Positions 26,268-35,446 of a stretch of 64,000 bases of DNA are shown one piece after another. Below the pieces are notes generated by a model, which was not told the DNA's origin, made no database searches, and was given only the letters and a program-made list of their open reading frames with translations. Origin of the DNA: an uncultured Gemmatimonadales bacterium (GTDB taxonomy: Bacteria > Gemmatimonadota > Gemmatimonadetes > Longimicrobiales > Longimicrobiaceae); NCBI GenBank assembly GCA_963716255.1, contig OY970303.1, positions 6,432,001-6,496,000 on the forward strand. Reading direction: 5' to 3'. How positions within the stretch are numbered: position 1 is the first letter of the stretch; every line of letters starts with the position of its first letter. Position numbers and translations under genes: made by a program.

Positions 26268-27683
26268 ATGGCACACGTGCTGTTCGTCATCGCTGAAGCC
26301 GGAGGACACTTCAGCGCCAGCTGGGGGCTGGCGGCGCAGCTGCGCGAGGCGGGGCACGACGTCACCTACGTGGGCCAGGAGCGCGCCCGCGCCACGGTGG
26401 AGGGGCAGGGCTTCGCCTTCGAGGTCGTCCCCTTCCTGCTCGCGCCGCGCATCGGCCTCGCCCCGCGGCCCGGCGAGCGCTGGGGCCCGCTCCAGCGCCT
26501 CCGGGCATGGGTGGCGCGCGGCGGGCACGGCCGCGCCCTCCTGGCCGCGGCCGCCGGCGTCCCCGCGCAGACCGCCGAGACCGTCCGCCGGCTCCGGCCC
26601 GACCTGCTCGTCTTCGACCCCTTCCGCCTGGGCTGGTACATCCCCTTCCACCCCCACGGCATCCCCGCCGTCGCCTTCAGCTCCAAGCCGCTCCTCACCG
26701 CCGACCCCCTGGTCCCGCCCTACACTTCCGCCGTGGTCCCCGACCGCACCGCGCGCGGGCGACTCCGCGTTCGCCTGGCCTGGCTCCGCGTGCGGGCGGC
26801 GTACCTGCGCCACCGGCTGGGCCAGGCCGCCGAGCGGGCGGTCACCGGCTACTCGTCCATGCGGCTCTGGCGCACCCTCGCCGCGCAGGCCGGCTACCCG
26901 CTGCGCCGCCGGTGGGCCACCCGCCCGCTCTCCTTCGACCTGCGGCTGCGCGGCGTCCCCGAGCTGGTGCTCTTCCCCCGCGAGTTCGACTTCCCGCGCG
27001 AGCGCCCGCTCCCGCCCGACGCCGTGTACGTGGGCCCCTGCGTGTACGCGAGCCGCCGCGAGGAGCCCTTCCCCTGGGACCGGCTCCCCGCCGGCCGCGG
27101 CGTGGTGCTCTGCTCGCTGGGCACCATGGCGTACAACTACGACCGCGACGGGGTGGACTTCCTGCGACGCGTGGCGGCCGCCTTCGCGGACGACCCCCGC
27201 CGCTTCCTGGTGCTGGTCTCCGGGGGGCCCGCCGTCACCGCCGCGCTGGGGCCGCTCCCCGACCACGTGGGCGTGTGCGAGTGGGCGCCGCAGCTCCAGG
27301 TGCTCGCCCGCGCCGAGGCCATGATCACCCACGGCGGCGCCAACTCCATCCGCGAGTGCATGACGGCCGGCGTCCCCGTGCTGGTGTACCCGTTCCGCGC
27401 CGACCAGCCGGGCAACGCGGCGCGCATCGTCTTCCACGGAGTGGGGATGCGCGGCGACCACCGGCGCGACGGCCCCGACGAGATCCGCCGCAAGCTGGAC
27501 GCGCTGGTCGCCGATGCCGGGATCCGCGAGCGGGTGCGGCGCATGCGCGAAGCGTTCGTGCGCTGCGACGAGGAGCGGGCGGCGGCGGCGTTCGTCGAGC
27601 GGTTTCTACGGGAGAAAGGAAAGCTGAACGGCGGGGTGGGGCGTGCCCCCGGCTACGCCGGGGTCGGGCTGCGCGCGGAGTAA
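26268..27683 (+). CDS. GT1 UDP-glycosyltransferase (MGT/UGT-like)
   Basis: GH...LA..LREAGHDV; WAPQLQVL...ITHGGANSIRE...GVP...P..ADQPGNA. Confidence 0.9.
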   Translation: MAHVLFVIAEAGGHFSASWGLAAQLREAGHDVTYVGQERARATVEGQGFAFEVVPFLLAPRIGLAPRPGERWGPLQRLRAWVARGGHGRALLAAAAGVPAQTAETVRRLRPDLLVFDPFRLGWYIPFHPHGIPAVAFSSKPLLTADPLVPPYTSAVVPDRTARGRLRVRLAWLRVRAAYLRHRLGQAAERAVTGYSSMRLWRTLAAQAGYPLRRRWATRPLSFDLRLRGVPELVLFPREFDFPRERPLPPDAVYVGPCVYASRREEPFPWDRLPAGRGVVLCSLGTMAYNYDRDGVDFLRRVAAAFADDPRRFLVLVSGGPAVTAALGPLPDHVGVCEWAPQLQVLARAEAMITHGGANSIRECMTAGVPVLVYPFRADQPGNAARIVFHGVGMRGDHRRDGPDEIRRKLDALVADAGIRERVRRMREAFVRCDEERAAAAFVERFLREKGKLNGGVGRAPGYAGVGLRAE

Positions 27684-27791
27684 CGCACGATACGACCGTG
27701 CGTAACTCCGTCGAGCCCCCGCAAACTGCCGCGGGGTCTCGACCCTGCCGGGCGCGCATCCCTCACGCGGTCGGCGCTGGCGTCCGCGGGG
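27631..27791 (+). repeat. repeat family A, copy 9 (divergent subtype), overlapping the GT1 3' end
   Basis: same subtype as the copy at 16383. Confidence 0.88.
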
Positions 27792-28031
27792 CCCCCTGCC
27801 CCCGACCCCCTCCCCCGCAAGCGGGAGAGGGGGAGCACGACACGCCGAAAACCGAGGGTCAGGAAGCCCTCCCCCAGAATCGGGGGAGGGTGGCGAGCCT
27901 CAAGCGAGCCGGATGGGGGCTGCCGGGGGCCGTCGGCGTGCCTGTTGCGCCGCGCGGGAAAACAGAAGATTTTGCGCACCCGCGCCGCGGGCGCCCCGTC
28001 CCGACGCCACACCCCGCAACGACCCAGCCCC

Positions 28032-29735
28032 ATGAGCCACGCCGCAGGTCCGGACGCACGATCCCCGAGCCGCGCCGGACGCGCCTTCCGGCTCCGCCGC
28101 GGCCTCGCGGCCGGGCTTCTGCTCGCCGCAGCGGGCGGCGCGTGCGGCCCCGGGAGCTTCACCGTGCACGGGCCGCCCGCCGGGACCGTTCCTCCGCTCC
28201 CCGACGTCCCCGCGGAGGCCCTCCGGCGGTTCCCGCTGGAGGAGGCCACCCTCGCCGACCTGCAGGCGGGGATGCGCGACGGGCGGTACACCGCCCGCTC
28301 GCTCGCGCAGGCGTACCTGGACCGCATCGGCGCGCTGGACCGGGCGGGGCCCTCGCTGCACTCCATGCTGGACCTGAACCCCGACGCGCTCGCCATCGCC
28401 GACAGCATGGACGCCGAGCGCCGGGCCGGGCGCGTGCGCGGGCCGCTGCACGGCATCCCGGTGGTGGTCAAGGACAACGTCGGCACCGGCGACCGCATGA
28501 CCACCACCGCCGGTTCGCTGGCGCTGGAAGGCTCCATCGCCCCGCGCGACGCCTTCGTCGCCGCGCGGCTGCGCGCGGCCGGCGCCGTCATCCTGGGAAA
28601 GACCAACCTCAGCGAGTGGGCCAACTTCCGCTCCACCCGCTCCGCCAGCGGCTGGAGCGGGCGCGGCGGGCAGGCCCGCAACCCGTACGCCCTGGACCGC
28701 TCCCCCTGCGGCTCCAGCTCCGGCACCGGCGTCGCCGTGTCCGCCAGCTTCGCCGCCGTCGGCGTGGGCACCGAGACCGACGGCTCCATCGTCTGCCCCG
28801 CCGCCGCAAACGGCATCGTCGGGCTCAAGCCCACCCTGGGGCTGGTGAGCCGCGCCGGCATCATCCCCCTGGCCGGGAGCCAGGACGTCGCCGGGCCCAT
28901 GGCGCGCACCGTCGCCGACGCCGCCGCGCTGCTCTCCGTCCTCGCCGGCGCCGATCCCCGCGACCCCGCCACCGCCGCCTCCCGCGGCCACGTGGAGGCG
29001 GACTACGCCCGCTTCCTGGTGCCGGACGGGCTGCGCGGCGCCCGCATCGGCGTCGCCCGCAGGGGGTTCACCGGCTACCACCCCGGGACCGACCAGCTCT
29101 TCGACCGGGCGCTCGACGCCATGCGCCGGGCCGGCGCCACCCTCGTGGACTCCGTGGACATCCCCCACTACGGCGAGTACGGCGACGCCGAGTACACGGT
29201 GCTCCTGTACGACTTCAAGCACGACCTGGACCGCTACCTCGCGGAGCTGGGGCCGGGCGCGCCGGTGAAGTCGCTCGCCGACGTCATCGCCTTCAACGAG
29301 CGCGAGAAGGCGCGCTCCATGCCCTACTTCGGGCAGGAGATCATGCTCGCCGCGCAGGCCAGGGGGCCGCTCACCGACCGGGAGTACCGCGACGCGAAGC
29401 GGAAGACGCGTCTCGCCGGGGCGGGCGTGGATTCGGTGATGCGGCGGCTGCGGCTGGACGCCATCGTCGCGCCCACCGGGGGGCCGGCCTGGACCATCGA
29501 CCTGGTCAGCGGCGACCACTTCCTGGGCGCCAGCTCCACGCCGGCCGCCGTCGCCGGCTACCCGAATCTCACCGTGCCCATGGGGTACAGCTTCGGGCTG
29601 CCGGTGGGGATCTCGTTCTTCGGGCGCGCCTGGAGCGAGCCCACGCTGATCCGGCTCGCGTACGCGTACGAGCAGGCGACCCGGCACAGGCGTGCTCCTC
29701 AGTTCCTTGCTACGGCGGATCTTTCCGTGCCGTGA
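28032..29735 (+). CDS. amidase signature family enzyme, probably exported
   Basis: GPLHGIPVVVKDN, GKTNLSEWAN, GSSSG, GTETDGSI; N-terminal RR followed by a hydrophobic segment and GAC. Confidence 0.93.
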   Translation: MSHAAGPDARSPSRAGRAFRLRRGLAAGLLLAAAGGACGPGSFTVHGPPAGTVPPLPDVPAEALRRFPLEEATLADLQAGMRDGRYTARSLAQAYLDRIGALDRAGPSLHSMLDLNPDALAIADSMDAERRAGRVRGPLHGIPVVVKDNVGTGDRMTTTAGSLALEGSIAPRDAFVAARLRAAGAVILGKTNLSEWANFRSTRSASGWSGRGGQARNPYALDRSPCGSSSGTGVAVSASFAAVGVGTETDGSIVCPAAANGIVGLKPTLGLVSRAGIIPLAGSQDVAGPMARTVADAAALLSVLAGADPRDPATAASRGHVEADYARFLVPDGLRGARIGVARRGFTGYHPGTDQLFDRALDAMRRAGATLVDSVDIPHYGEYGDAEYTVLLYDFKHDLDRYLAELGPGAPVKSLADVIAFNEREKARSMPYFGQEIMLAAQARGPLTDREYRDAKRKTRLAGAGVDSVMRRLRLDAIVAPTGGPAWTIDLVSGDHFLGASSTPAAVAGYPNLTVPMGYSFGLPVGISFFGRAWSEPTLIRLAYAYEQATRHRRAPQFLATADLSVP

Positions 29736-29766
29736 GTCGGGTCGTTCGTCGTCTGGTTTCGGGGGG

Positions 29767-29921
29767 CCGCTCCGGAGCCGGACGATACGGCCGTCCGTCT
29801 CCTGCGCGGGCTCCGGGAGCCAGGCCAAACAGCCGGCCTGTCTCCCTGCGCCGGAGTGAGCCTCGCCAAACTGCCGGCGAGTCTCCCTCCGAACAGAATG
29901 ATGTGGATACTGCGGAACGGC
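29767..29921 (+). repeat. repeat family B, copy 2
   Basis: three GAGC-stem-loop-stem-TCTC hairpins with the same flanks as copies 1 and 3. Confidence 0.88.
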
Positions 29922-30022
29922 AAAGGCGAAACGGCGTGTGTGAGGGCGCCGTTCTGCCGTGACCTCCCTTTCTCCGGCCGTGCGTCCGGCACGGCACACC
30001 TCGATCCCCTGGGCATCGGTTC

Positions 30023-30985
30023 ATGAGACAGCGTCGCGCCGTCCTGTTCCTCTGCGCGGACCCGGACAGGGACCCGGTGGCGGGCCACGTGTTCGAGGCG
30101 TCGCGCGGGCTGTTTCCGCTCGCCGAGACCGGGCGCGAGGTCGACGGGTTCCCGGTGCTGGCGTGGAGCGACGCGGCGGGGCGCGAGTTCGTGTACGTGC
30201 GCACCGGCGATGTGCTGAGCCACGACTACCCGCGCTACCTGCCCGTGCTCGCCGGCCAGCTCGCCGACTTCGACGTGGGGCTGCTGGTGAACTGGCACGA
30301 GGGCGCCAACGCGCCCGACGCCATCTTCATGGCGCACACCACCGGCGACGTCGTGTCCGGGGAGTACGGCGCGGCCGATCCCGCGCTGACCACGGCCATG
30401 CTGCGCGCCATCGAGCGGACCCGCGCCGAAGCGGGGCTGGAGCGCTACCGGACCGTGTCCGAGGCCACCCACTGGTCGGGGGTGGTCCACGGCCACGCGC
30501 CGGAGCTCCTCACCCGCTACCCGGTGCCGCTGCTGGACGTGGAGATCGGGAGCGGTCCCGCGTGCTGGGGCGACCCGGAGGCCGCGCGGGTGCTCGCGCT
30601 CGCCCTCCCCCGCGTCTTCGACGAGGAGCCGCCGCGGGGCGGGTCCGTGCTCTTCGTCGGCGGGGTGCACTTCGAGCCCAGCATCCGCGACGCGGTGGTG
30701 GGGGACGCCCGCCGCGACGACGTGGCCGTTTCCCACATCCTCGCCGGCCACTGGCTCGCGGCGGGCGGCTACGGCGAGCCCGGCGGCGCGGCGAAGCTGG
30801 AGGCGTGTGCCCGCTCCATCGCGGGGGGCGTGGACGCCCTCGTCTTCCACGACAGCCTCAAGGGGCCCGTCAAGGCCGCCGTCCGCGCCGCAGCCGAGCG
30901 CCTTGGCGTGGAGTGCTTCAACCACCGCAGGCTGCGCGGCCCGGACCCGCTCTTCCCCGCGCAGGCCACGGCCGCGCCGGAATAG
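30023..30985 (+). CDS. archaeal/plant-type D-aminoacyl-tRNA deacylase (DTD2/DtdA/GEK1)-like protein
   Basis: ordered motifs NWHEG, AHTTG, EATH, VEIGS...W, GGVHF and SHI. Confidence 0.7.
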   Translation: MRQRRAVLFLCADPDRDPVAGHVFEASRGLFPLAETGREVDGFPVLAWSDAAGREFVYVRTGDVLSHDYPRYLPVLAGQLADFDVGLLVNWHEGANAPDAIFMAHTTGDVVSGEYGAADPALTTAMLRAIERTRAEAGLERYRTVSEATHWSGVVHGHAPELLTRYPVPLLDVEIGSGPACWGDPEAARVLALALPRVFDEEPPRGGSVLFVGGVHFEPSIRDAVVGDARRDDVAVSHILAGHWLAAGGYGEPGGAAKLEACARSIAGGVDALVFHDSLKGPVKAAVRAAAERLGVECFNHRRLRGPDPLFPAQATAAPE

Positions 30986-31027
30986 CGGAGCCCCGCGGGC
31001 CGGGCGGCGGTCCCGGCGTCCATGAAA

Positions 31028-31081
31028 AGAGAACGGCGGAACGGCGCTCGCGGGGAGCGCCGTTCCGCCGTTCCGTTTTTT
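31028..31081. terminator. bidirectional intrinsic terminator
   Basis: GAACGGCGGAACGGCGCTC/GAGCGCCGTTCCGCCGTTC stem with A-rich 5' flank and TTTTTT 3' flank, between convergent genes. Confidence 0.75.
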
Positions 31082-31097
31082 CCGTCCGCCTCCGCCG

Positions 31098-31382
31098 TCA
31101 GGCCGGCTCGTCCGCCTCGCCGCTGCGCCCGTTCCACGCCTCGCGGAGCTCGTCGGCATAGCGCACCAGCAGGTACTCCGTCCGGGGCGCCACCCGGCAG
31201 GCGTCGTCGCCGCAGGCGATCCGGACGCACTCGCCCGTCCACGGGTCCGCCTCCACCGTGGCCCCGCCGCCGCAGAAGGGGCAGGGCCGGAGCGGGCCCA
31301 GGTCCACCCGCGGCGCGATCCGCGAGCCCGGGCGCGCCTCCGCCGGCGGCGCGGCGGGGAGCGGCGCGGCCAGCGCGATCAC
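31098..31382 (-). CDS. Lar-like zinc-ribbon small protein
   Basis: LRPCPFCGG...C-x4-C...EAWNGR; GTG start overlaps the DoxX stop. Confidence 0.6.
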   Translation of the reverse strand: MIALAAPLPAAPPAEARPGSRIAPRVDLGPLRPCPFCGGGATVEADPWTGECVRIACGDDACRVAPRTEYLLVRYADELREAWNGRSGEADEPA

Positions 31383-31801
31383 CGGCGCACCCGGGAGCGG
31401 GCGATCGCCGCGTCCACGCTCCACGGCCCCGCGCCGGCGAACACCAGGTACAGAAAGAAGAAGCAGTACATCACCGCGGGCACGCCCATGTTGGTGGTGG
31501 GCCAGAACGCCTGCGGCGCGTGGAACTGGAAGTACGCCACCGCCATCTCCCCGGCGAGGATGAAAGCCGTGGGGCGCGTCCACAGCCCCACCACGATGAG
31601 CAGCCCGCCCACCACCTCCATCAGCCCGCCGATCCCCATCTGCGACATCAGCTCGATCGGCGGCATGTTGGGCATGGGGTTGGCCGGGTAGCCGAAGATC
31701 TTCATCGTCCCGGCGGACAGGAACATCGCCCCGGCCACGATGCGGAAGATGCTCAGCATGCGGCCGGTCCAGGGCGAGGGCGAGGCTTCGTAGATCGACA
31801 T
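31379..31801 (-). CDS. DoxX family membrane protein
   Basis: RIVAGAMF...GT.KIFG, EVVGGLLI..GLWTR..AF..AGEMAVAYF..H, GAGPWSVD. Confidence 0.88.
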   Translation of the reverse strand: MSIYEASPSPWTGRMLSIFRIVAGAMFLSAGTMKIFGYPANPMPNMPPIELMSQMGIGGLMEVVGGLLIVVGLWTRPTAFILAGEMAVAYFQFHAPQAFWPTTNMGVPAVMYCFFFLYLVFAGAGPWSVDAAIARSRVRR

Positions 31802-31873
31802 GGGTCCGTTCGGGTCTGGGGATGGGGGCGGCGGCACCGGCCGCCGGCCCCGCGGGATGGGTGAGCCCTGCTT

Positions 31874-32341
31874 CTACGGGAACGTCGAACGGGGCGGGGC
31901 GGAATCGACACCGGCCGGGCGCCGCGCTTCGTGCAGCCGCGCGCCGGCCCAGGCGCAGGGCAGCGAGATGGCGATGATCGCCAGCGAGTACCAGGCCGGC
32001 CCGTACTGCCACATCGCCGCGGCCCCCGCTGCGGAAACCACCGTCCCGATCCCGCCGAGCGCGAGCGCGTGCCGCGTGGGGTGGTCGGGGGCAAGCCGCG
32101 CCGCCAGCCAGCACCCCGCGACGCCGAAGACGACGCGGTACGCCGTCGCGAGCAGGAACAGCCCATCCGCCATGATCTCGGGAAAGGGCGGGTACACGCC
32201 GGCCGCGTGCAGCACCGCGTCCGCCGCGGTGGAAAGGACGACGATCGCCACGAGTCCGGCGAGCACGGCGCCGGCGCGGCGGAGGGCGAGGCGCGGGCGG
32301 CGGGTCCCGCCGAGGTCCAGGGTGCCGTTGAGGGTCGTCAT
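31874..32341 (-). CDS. hypothetical membrane protein
   Basis: four hydrophobic segments; GPAWY motif. Confidence 0.72.
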   Translation of the reverse strand: MTTLNGTLDLGGTRRPRLALRRAGAVLAGLVAIVVLSTAADAVLHAAGVYPPFPEIMADGLFLLATAYRVVFGVAGCWLAARLAPDHPTRHALALGGIGTVVSAAGAAAMWQYGPAWYSLAIIAISLPCAWAGARLHEARRPAGVDSAPPRSTFP

Positions 32342-32477
32342 GGTCGTGTCTCCGCGTGCGGCGTGAGTTCGGCTCCGGGCCGGTGCGGCCCTGCTCTCTC
32401 GTGGAGTCGGAGCCGCCGCCGCGTCCTCGACATCGAAGGCCGCCCGCGGCGCGGACGGCCTTCGGCGCGGTCCGGGA

Positions 32478-32966
32478 TCACATCGTCTTCAGGTGCGCCT
32501 CCAGGCGGCGCAGCGTCTGGTTGCCCAGCTCCACGGCCCCGAACCGCTCCGCCTCCTGGCGGTGCGCCGCCGTGGCGAGCACCGTCCGCATGGTGACGCG
32601 CGTCCGGCCGCCCAGGTCGTCGAACGTCACCGTCACCTGCATCAGCGCCGGGTCGTCGTCCATGTCGTGGCCGTGCGCGAACTCCAGGCGCTCGGGCCGC
32701 ACGATCTCCCGGTAGACGATGCGGTTGGGATAGTCGGTGCCGTCCGGCCCGTGCATGGTGAACCGCCACCTGCCGCCCGGCCGTATGTCGATCTCGTGCA
32801 CCGTGTTGCTGAAGCCGTCGGGACCCCACCAGTGCGGCAGGTGCTCCGGGTCCGTGTACGCGCGGAACACCAGCTCCCGCGGCGCGTCGAAGTCGCGCGT
32901 GAGGACCAGCTCGCGGTCCGCCGTCGCGGAGGACGCGGTGTCCGCCGCCGTGTGTGCTGCTTCCAT
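32478..32966 (-). CDS. SRPBCC/AHSA1 domain protein
   Basis: FDAPRELVFRAYTDPEHLPHWWGP, DIRPGG. Confidence 0.9.
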   Translation of the reverse strand: MEAAHTAADTASSATADRELVLTRDFDAPRELVFRAYTDPEHLPHWWGPDGFSNTVHEIDIRPGGRWRFTMHGPDGTDYPNRIVYREIVRPERLEFAHGHDMDDDPALMQVTVTFDDLGGRTRVTMRTVLATAAHRQEAERFGAVELGNQTLRRLEAHLKTM

Positions 32967-33003
32967 GGGGATTCTCCCGGGTGGGGGTTGGATGGGTGAG
33001 TGT

Positions 33004-33510
33004 TCAGGCGCGTTCGTCCCGCAGCCCGGCGACCAGCTCCGCCAGGCGGTCCAGCGTCGCGGACCACCCGCCGAAGGCGCCGGAGCCCGCCCAGCCGGCG
33101 TAGTCCTCCGGCGTCCCGAAGACGATGCTCATCCGCACCGTGGTCCGCCCGTCCTCCTCCTCCCAGGTCGCCGTCTCCACCGCCTCGTGCCCCGGCATGG
33201 ACTCCAGCCCCCAGCTGTTCACGATGCGGGCGGGGGGAACCACCTCGCGGTACACCCCCGCGAACGCGACCTCGCCTCCGTCCGGCCCCCGCATGACGTA
33301 GCGGAAGGCGCCGCCCGGCCGCAGGTCGATCTCGCAGGTGGTGAGCGTCGTGCCCCGCGGCCCGTACCAGCGCGCCACGTGCTCCGGCCGGGTCATGGCT
33401 TCCCACACCAGCTCGCGCGGCGCGTCGAAGACGCGCGTGGCCGTGGCCTCGCGGTTGCCGGGATCGGTGGAGGCGGGCGCCGGGCCCGCGCCGGGAAAGG
33501 AGGTGATCAT
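33004..33510 (-). CDS. SRPBCC/AHSA1 domain protein
   Basis: FDAPRELVWEAMT.PE...WYGP, DLRPGG. Confidence 0.88.
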   Translation of the reverse strand: MITSFPGAGPAPASTDPGNREATATRVFDAPRELVWEAMTRPEHVARWYGPRGTTLTTCEIDLRPGGAFRYVMRGPDGGEVAFAGVYREVVPPARIVNSWGLESMPGHEAVETATWEEEDGRTTVRMSIVFGTPEDYAGWAGSGAFGGWSATLDRLAELVAGLRDERA

Positions 33511-34031
33511 CGGTCGTCTCCGGCGGGAGTGTGGGAGGCGGCCAGCAGCGCCGCCAGGCGGTCCAGCGATTCGGTCCAGCCCTGCACCTCGCCCTGGTCC
33601 TCGGCCAGGCCGGCGTGGCGCGCGGTGAGCAGCGTCCCACCGGTGCCGTGCACGTCGAGCGTCACCCGGATCGTCATCTCGGCGGGAAAGCCCGGTCGCT
33701 CCACCCGGTTTCCCTCCGCGTCCGAGAACCAGCAGGTGAACGCCACGCGCTCCGGCGCCGCGACTTCCTGGTACTCGCCGCGCACCCACACGTCCGGGTG
33801 GTCGGGGAAGCGGTGGCAGAAGTGCAGCATCCCGCCCGGCCGCGCGTCCAGCGTGCAGAAGGGAAGGGAGGAGCCCGCCGGCCCCCACCAGCGGGCGAAG
33901 TGCGCGGTCTCGGTCCAGGCGCGGAACACAAGCTCGCGCGGCGCGTCGAGCAGCCGCGTCACCACCAGCTCGCCGCCGTCCCACGCCGCGGGCGCGGCGG
34001 CCGGCGCCCCGCTATTCGCTGCTGCCGTCAT
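33507..34031 (-). CDS. SRPBCC/AHSA1 domain protein
   Basis: LDAPRELVFRAWTE...WWGP, DARPGG, GW..SLDRL. Confidence 0.88.
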   Translation of the reverse strand: MTAAANSGAPAAAPAAWDGGELVVTRLLDAPRELVFRAWTETAHFARWWGPAGSSLPFCTLDARPGGMLHFCHRFPDHPDVWVRGEYQEVAAPERVAFTCWFSDAEGNRVERPGFPAEMTIRVTLDVHGTGGTLLTARHAGLAEDQGEVQGWTESLDRLAALLAASHTPAGDDR

Positions 34032-34365
34032 CGGTCTTCTCCCTGTGTTGGAGTTCACGGAGGTACACGTCCAGCCGTTCGAAGCTTTCCTCCCAGTGCC
34101 GCCGGTACTGCTCCACCCAGTCGTCCACCTCGCGGAGCGGGTTTGCCCGCAGCCGGCAGGGCCGCCACTGCGCCTCCCGTCCCCGCTCGATGAGCCCGGC
34201 GCGCTCCAGCACCTTGAGGTGCTTGGACACCGCTGGGAGGCTCATGTCGAACGGCTCCGCCAGCTCCGTGACCGACGCCTCGCCCGACGCCAGCCGGGCC
34301 AGGATCGCCCGCCGGGTGGGGTCGGCGAGCGCCGCGAAGATGGTGCTGAGGTGGTCAGGTGGCAT
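34012..34365 (-). CDS. ArsR/SmtB family transcriptional regulator
   Basis: FAALADPTRRAIL..MSLPAVSKHLKVLERAGLI. Confidence 0.92.
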   Translation of the reverse strand: MPPDHLSTIFAALADPTRRAILARLASGEASVTELAEPFDMSLPAVSKHLKVLERAGLIERGREAQWRPCRLRANPLREVDDWVEQYRRHWEESFERLDVYLRELQHREKTDDGSSE

Positions 34366-34371
34366 CTGTGA

Positions 34372-34427
34372 AACCTAATGGTTAATTAACCTATCGGTAA
34401 ATTAAAGGGTAGCCTTCCGGCTGTCAA
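34372..34427 (-). promoter_or_regulatory. sigma70 promoter and tandem operator boxes of the ArsR operon
   Basis: minus strand TTGACA(34427-34422)-17 nt-TAATTT; boxes AACCtaatGGTT (34372) and AACCtatcGGTA (34388) just downstream. Confidence 0.65.
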
Positions 34428-34486
34428 GGAAATCGACGACGTGACTAAAGAGCAGTTCACGTGCTCCGCACTGCCGATCCTCGTGC

Positions 34487-34515
34487 TTGACACGCCACGA
34501 CGAAAAGTACAGAAT
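34487..34515 (+). promoter_or_regulatory. putative sigma70 promoter of the island lipoprotein
   Basis: TTGACA-17 nt-CAGAAT. Confidence 0.55.
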
Positions 34516-34596
34516 CTTCGAACAGTTCTTTGCGGACATTTGGCGCATCGGGCTTCGGGTCCGGCTCGCCACTCCCTCCATGCGCGGAGTACGCCC

Positions 34597-35446
34597 ATGT
34601 CCAGCAGGACGCCCATTCTTCGATGGATCTTCACGACAGCAATCATCGGGACCGTGCTGAGTGCCTGTGCGGATGCGCCGACCCGACCCATGTCCGCGTC
34701 TCTGCCCCTGTACGAGGCTGGACAGGGCACGCAGATCGGATCGGAGCCTGTCCCGTCTCCGTTGCCGCCCGGTGATCCCGGCGGCGCCACTACCCAGGGT
34801 TGTGGAGGATCAGCAGGAAGCCGTAGTGGACCCGGCGACCGCCGAACTGGTCCCGTGTCCGCTGCCGGGTCTGGTGGTGACTGCTCCTCCGCCGGAACCG
34901 CCGCCGCCCCCTCCGTCTGACGAGCCGCCGCCGCCGGGGGGCGGTGGAACTCCTCCGTCCACCGAAGGCGTGTGTGACCCGACCGTAGACTGGGATCCGG
35001 ACTGTCCCCCACCTCCGGTCTGCGGCTATCTCGTATCGGCGGCCGGAGAGTGCATCCCTCTTCCAGGGCCGGATGAGCAGGATGAGATCGTCAGCGAGGC
35101 GGAAGCCGCGGCGCGTCCTTGCCCCAACGTGAACGAGCACACACTCTGGTATCAGGAAGAAGTTCCCGAAGATCCGGACGGCGAGATGGCCCACTTCCGC
35201 TTCGAGAAAGGCTACCTTTCAAAAGTGGAAGACCTCGCTGTCGGGTTCTTGATTTCACGGGCGAAGTACTACAACAAGCGGGACATCGTGAGCGAGAACT
35301 TCGCCCGGTGGGTCATGCGGCCGGGGTACATCAACGTGATCTGCACCATGAAGGCGAGGATTCCACTCACGGCCGGCAGGTCGTACATCCGGTGGTCTCT
35401 CATCAAGGATGGAAGCTACGATGGAACGATCGAAAGACTACGCTAG
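34597..35446 (+). pseudogene. Pro/Cys-rich lipoprotein split across two frames (frameshift or sequencing error)
   Basis: frame 1 has an RBS and lipobox VLSAC but stops at 34920; the +1 frame carries CPLPGLVVTAPPPEPPP and a globular C-terminus to 35446 without a good start. Confidence 0.55.

Noticed and set aside
26507..29962. Very long Arg/Pro/Gly-rich ORFs (1151 aa here, 1387 aa at 55195, and many antisense ORFs)
   Set aside because: Shadow frames caused by high GC; they overlap well-supported genes, and only the trmFO part of the 55195 ORF is real
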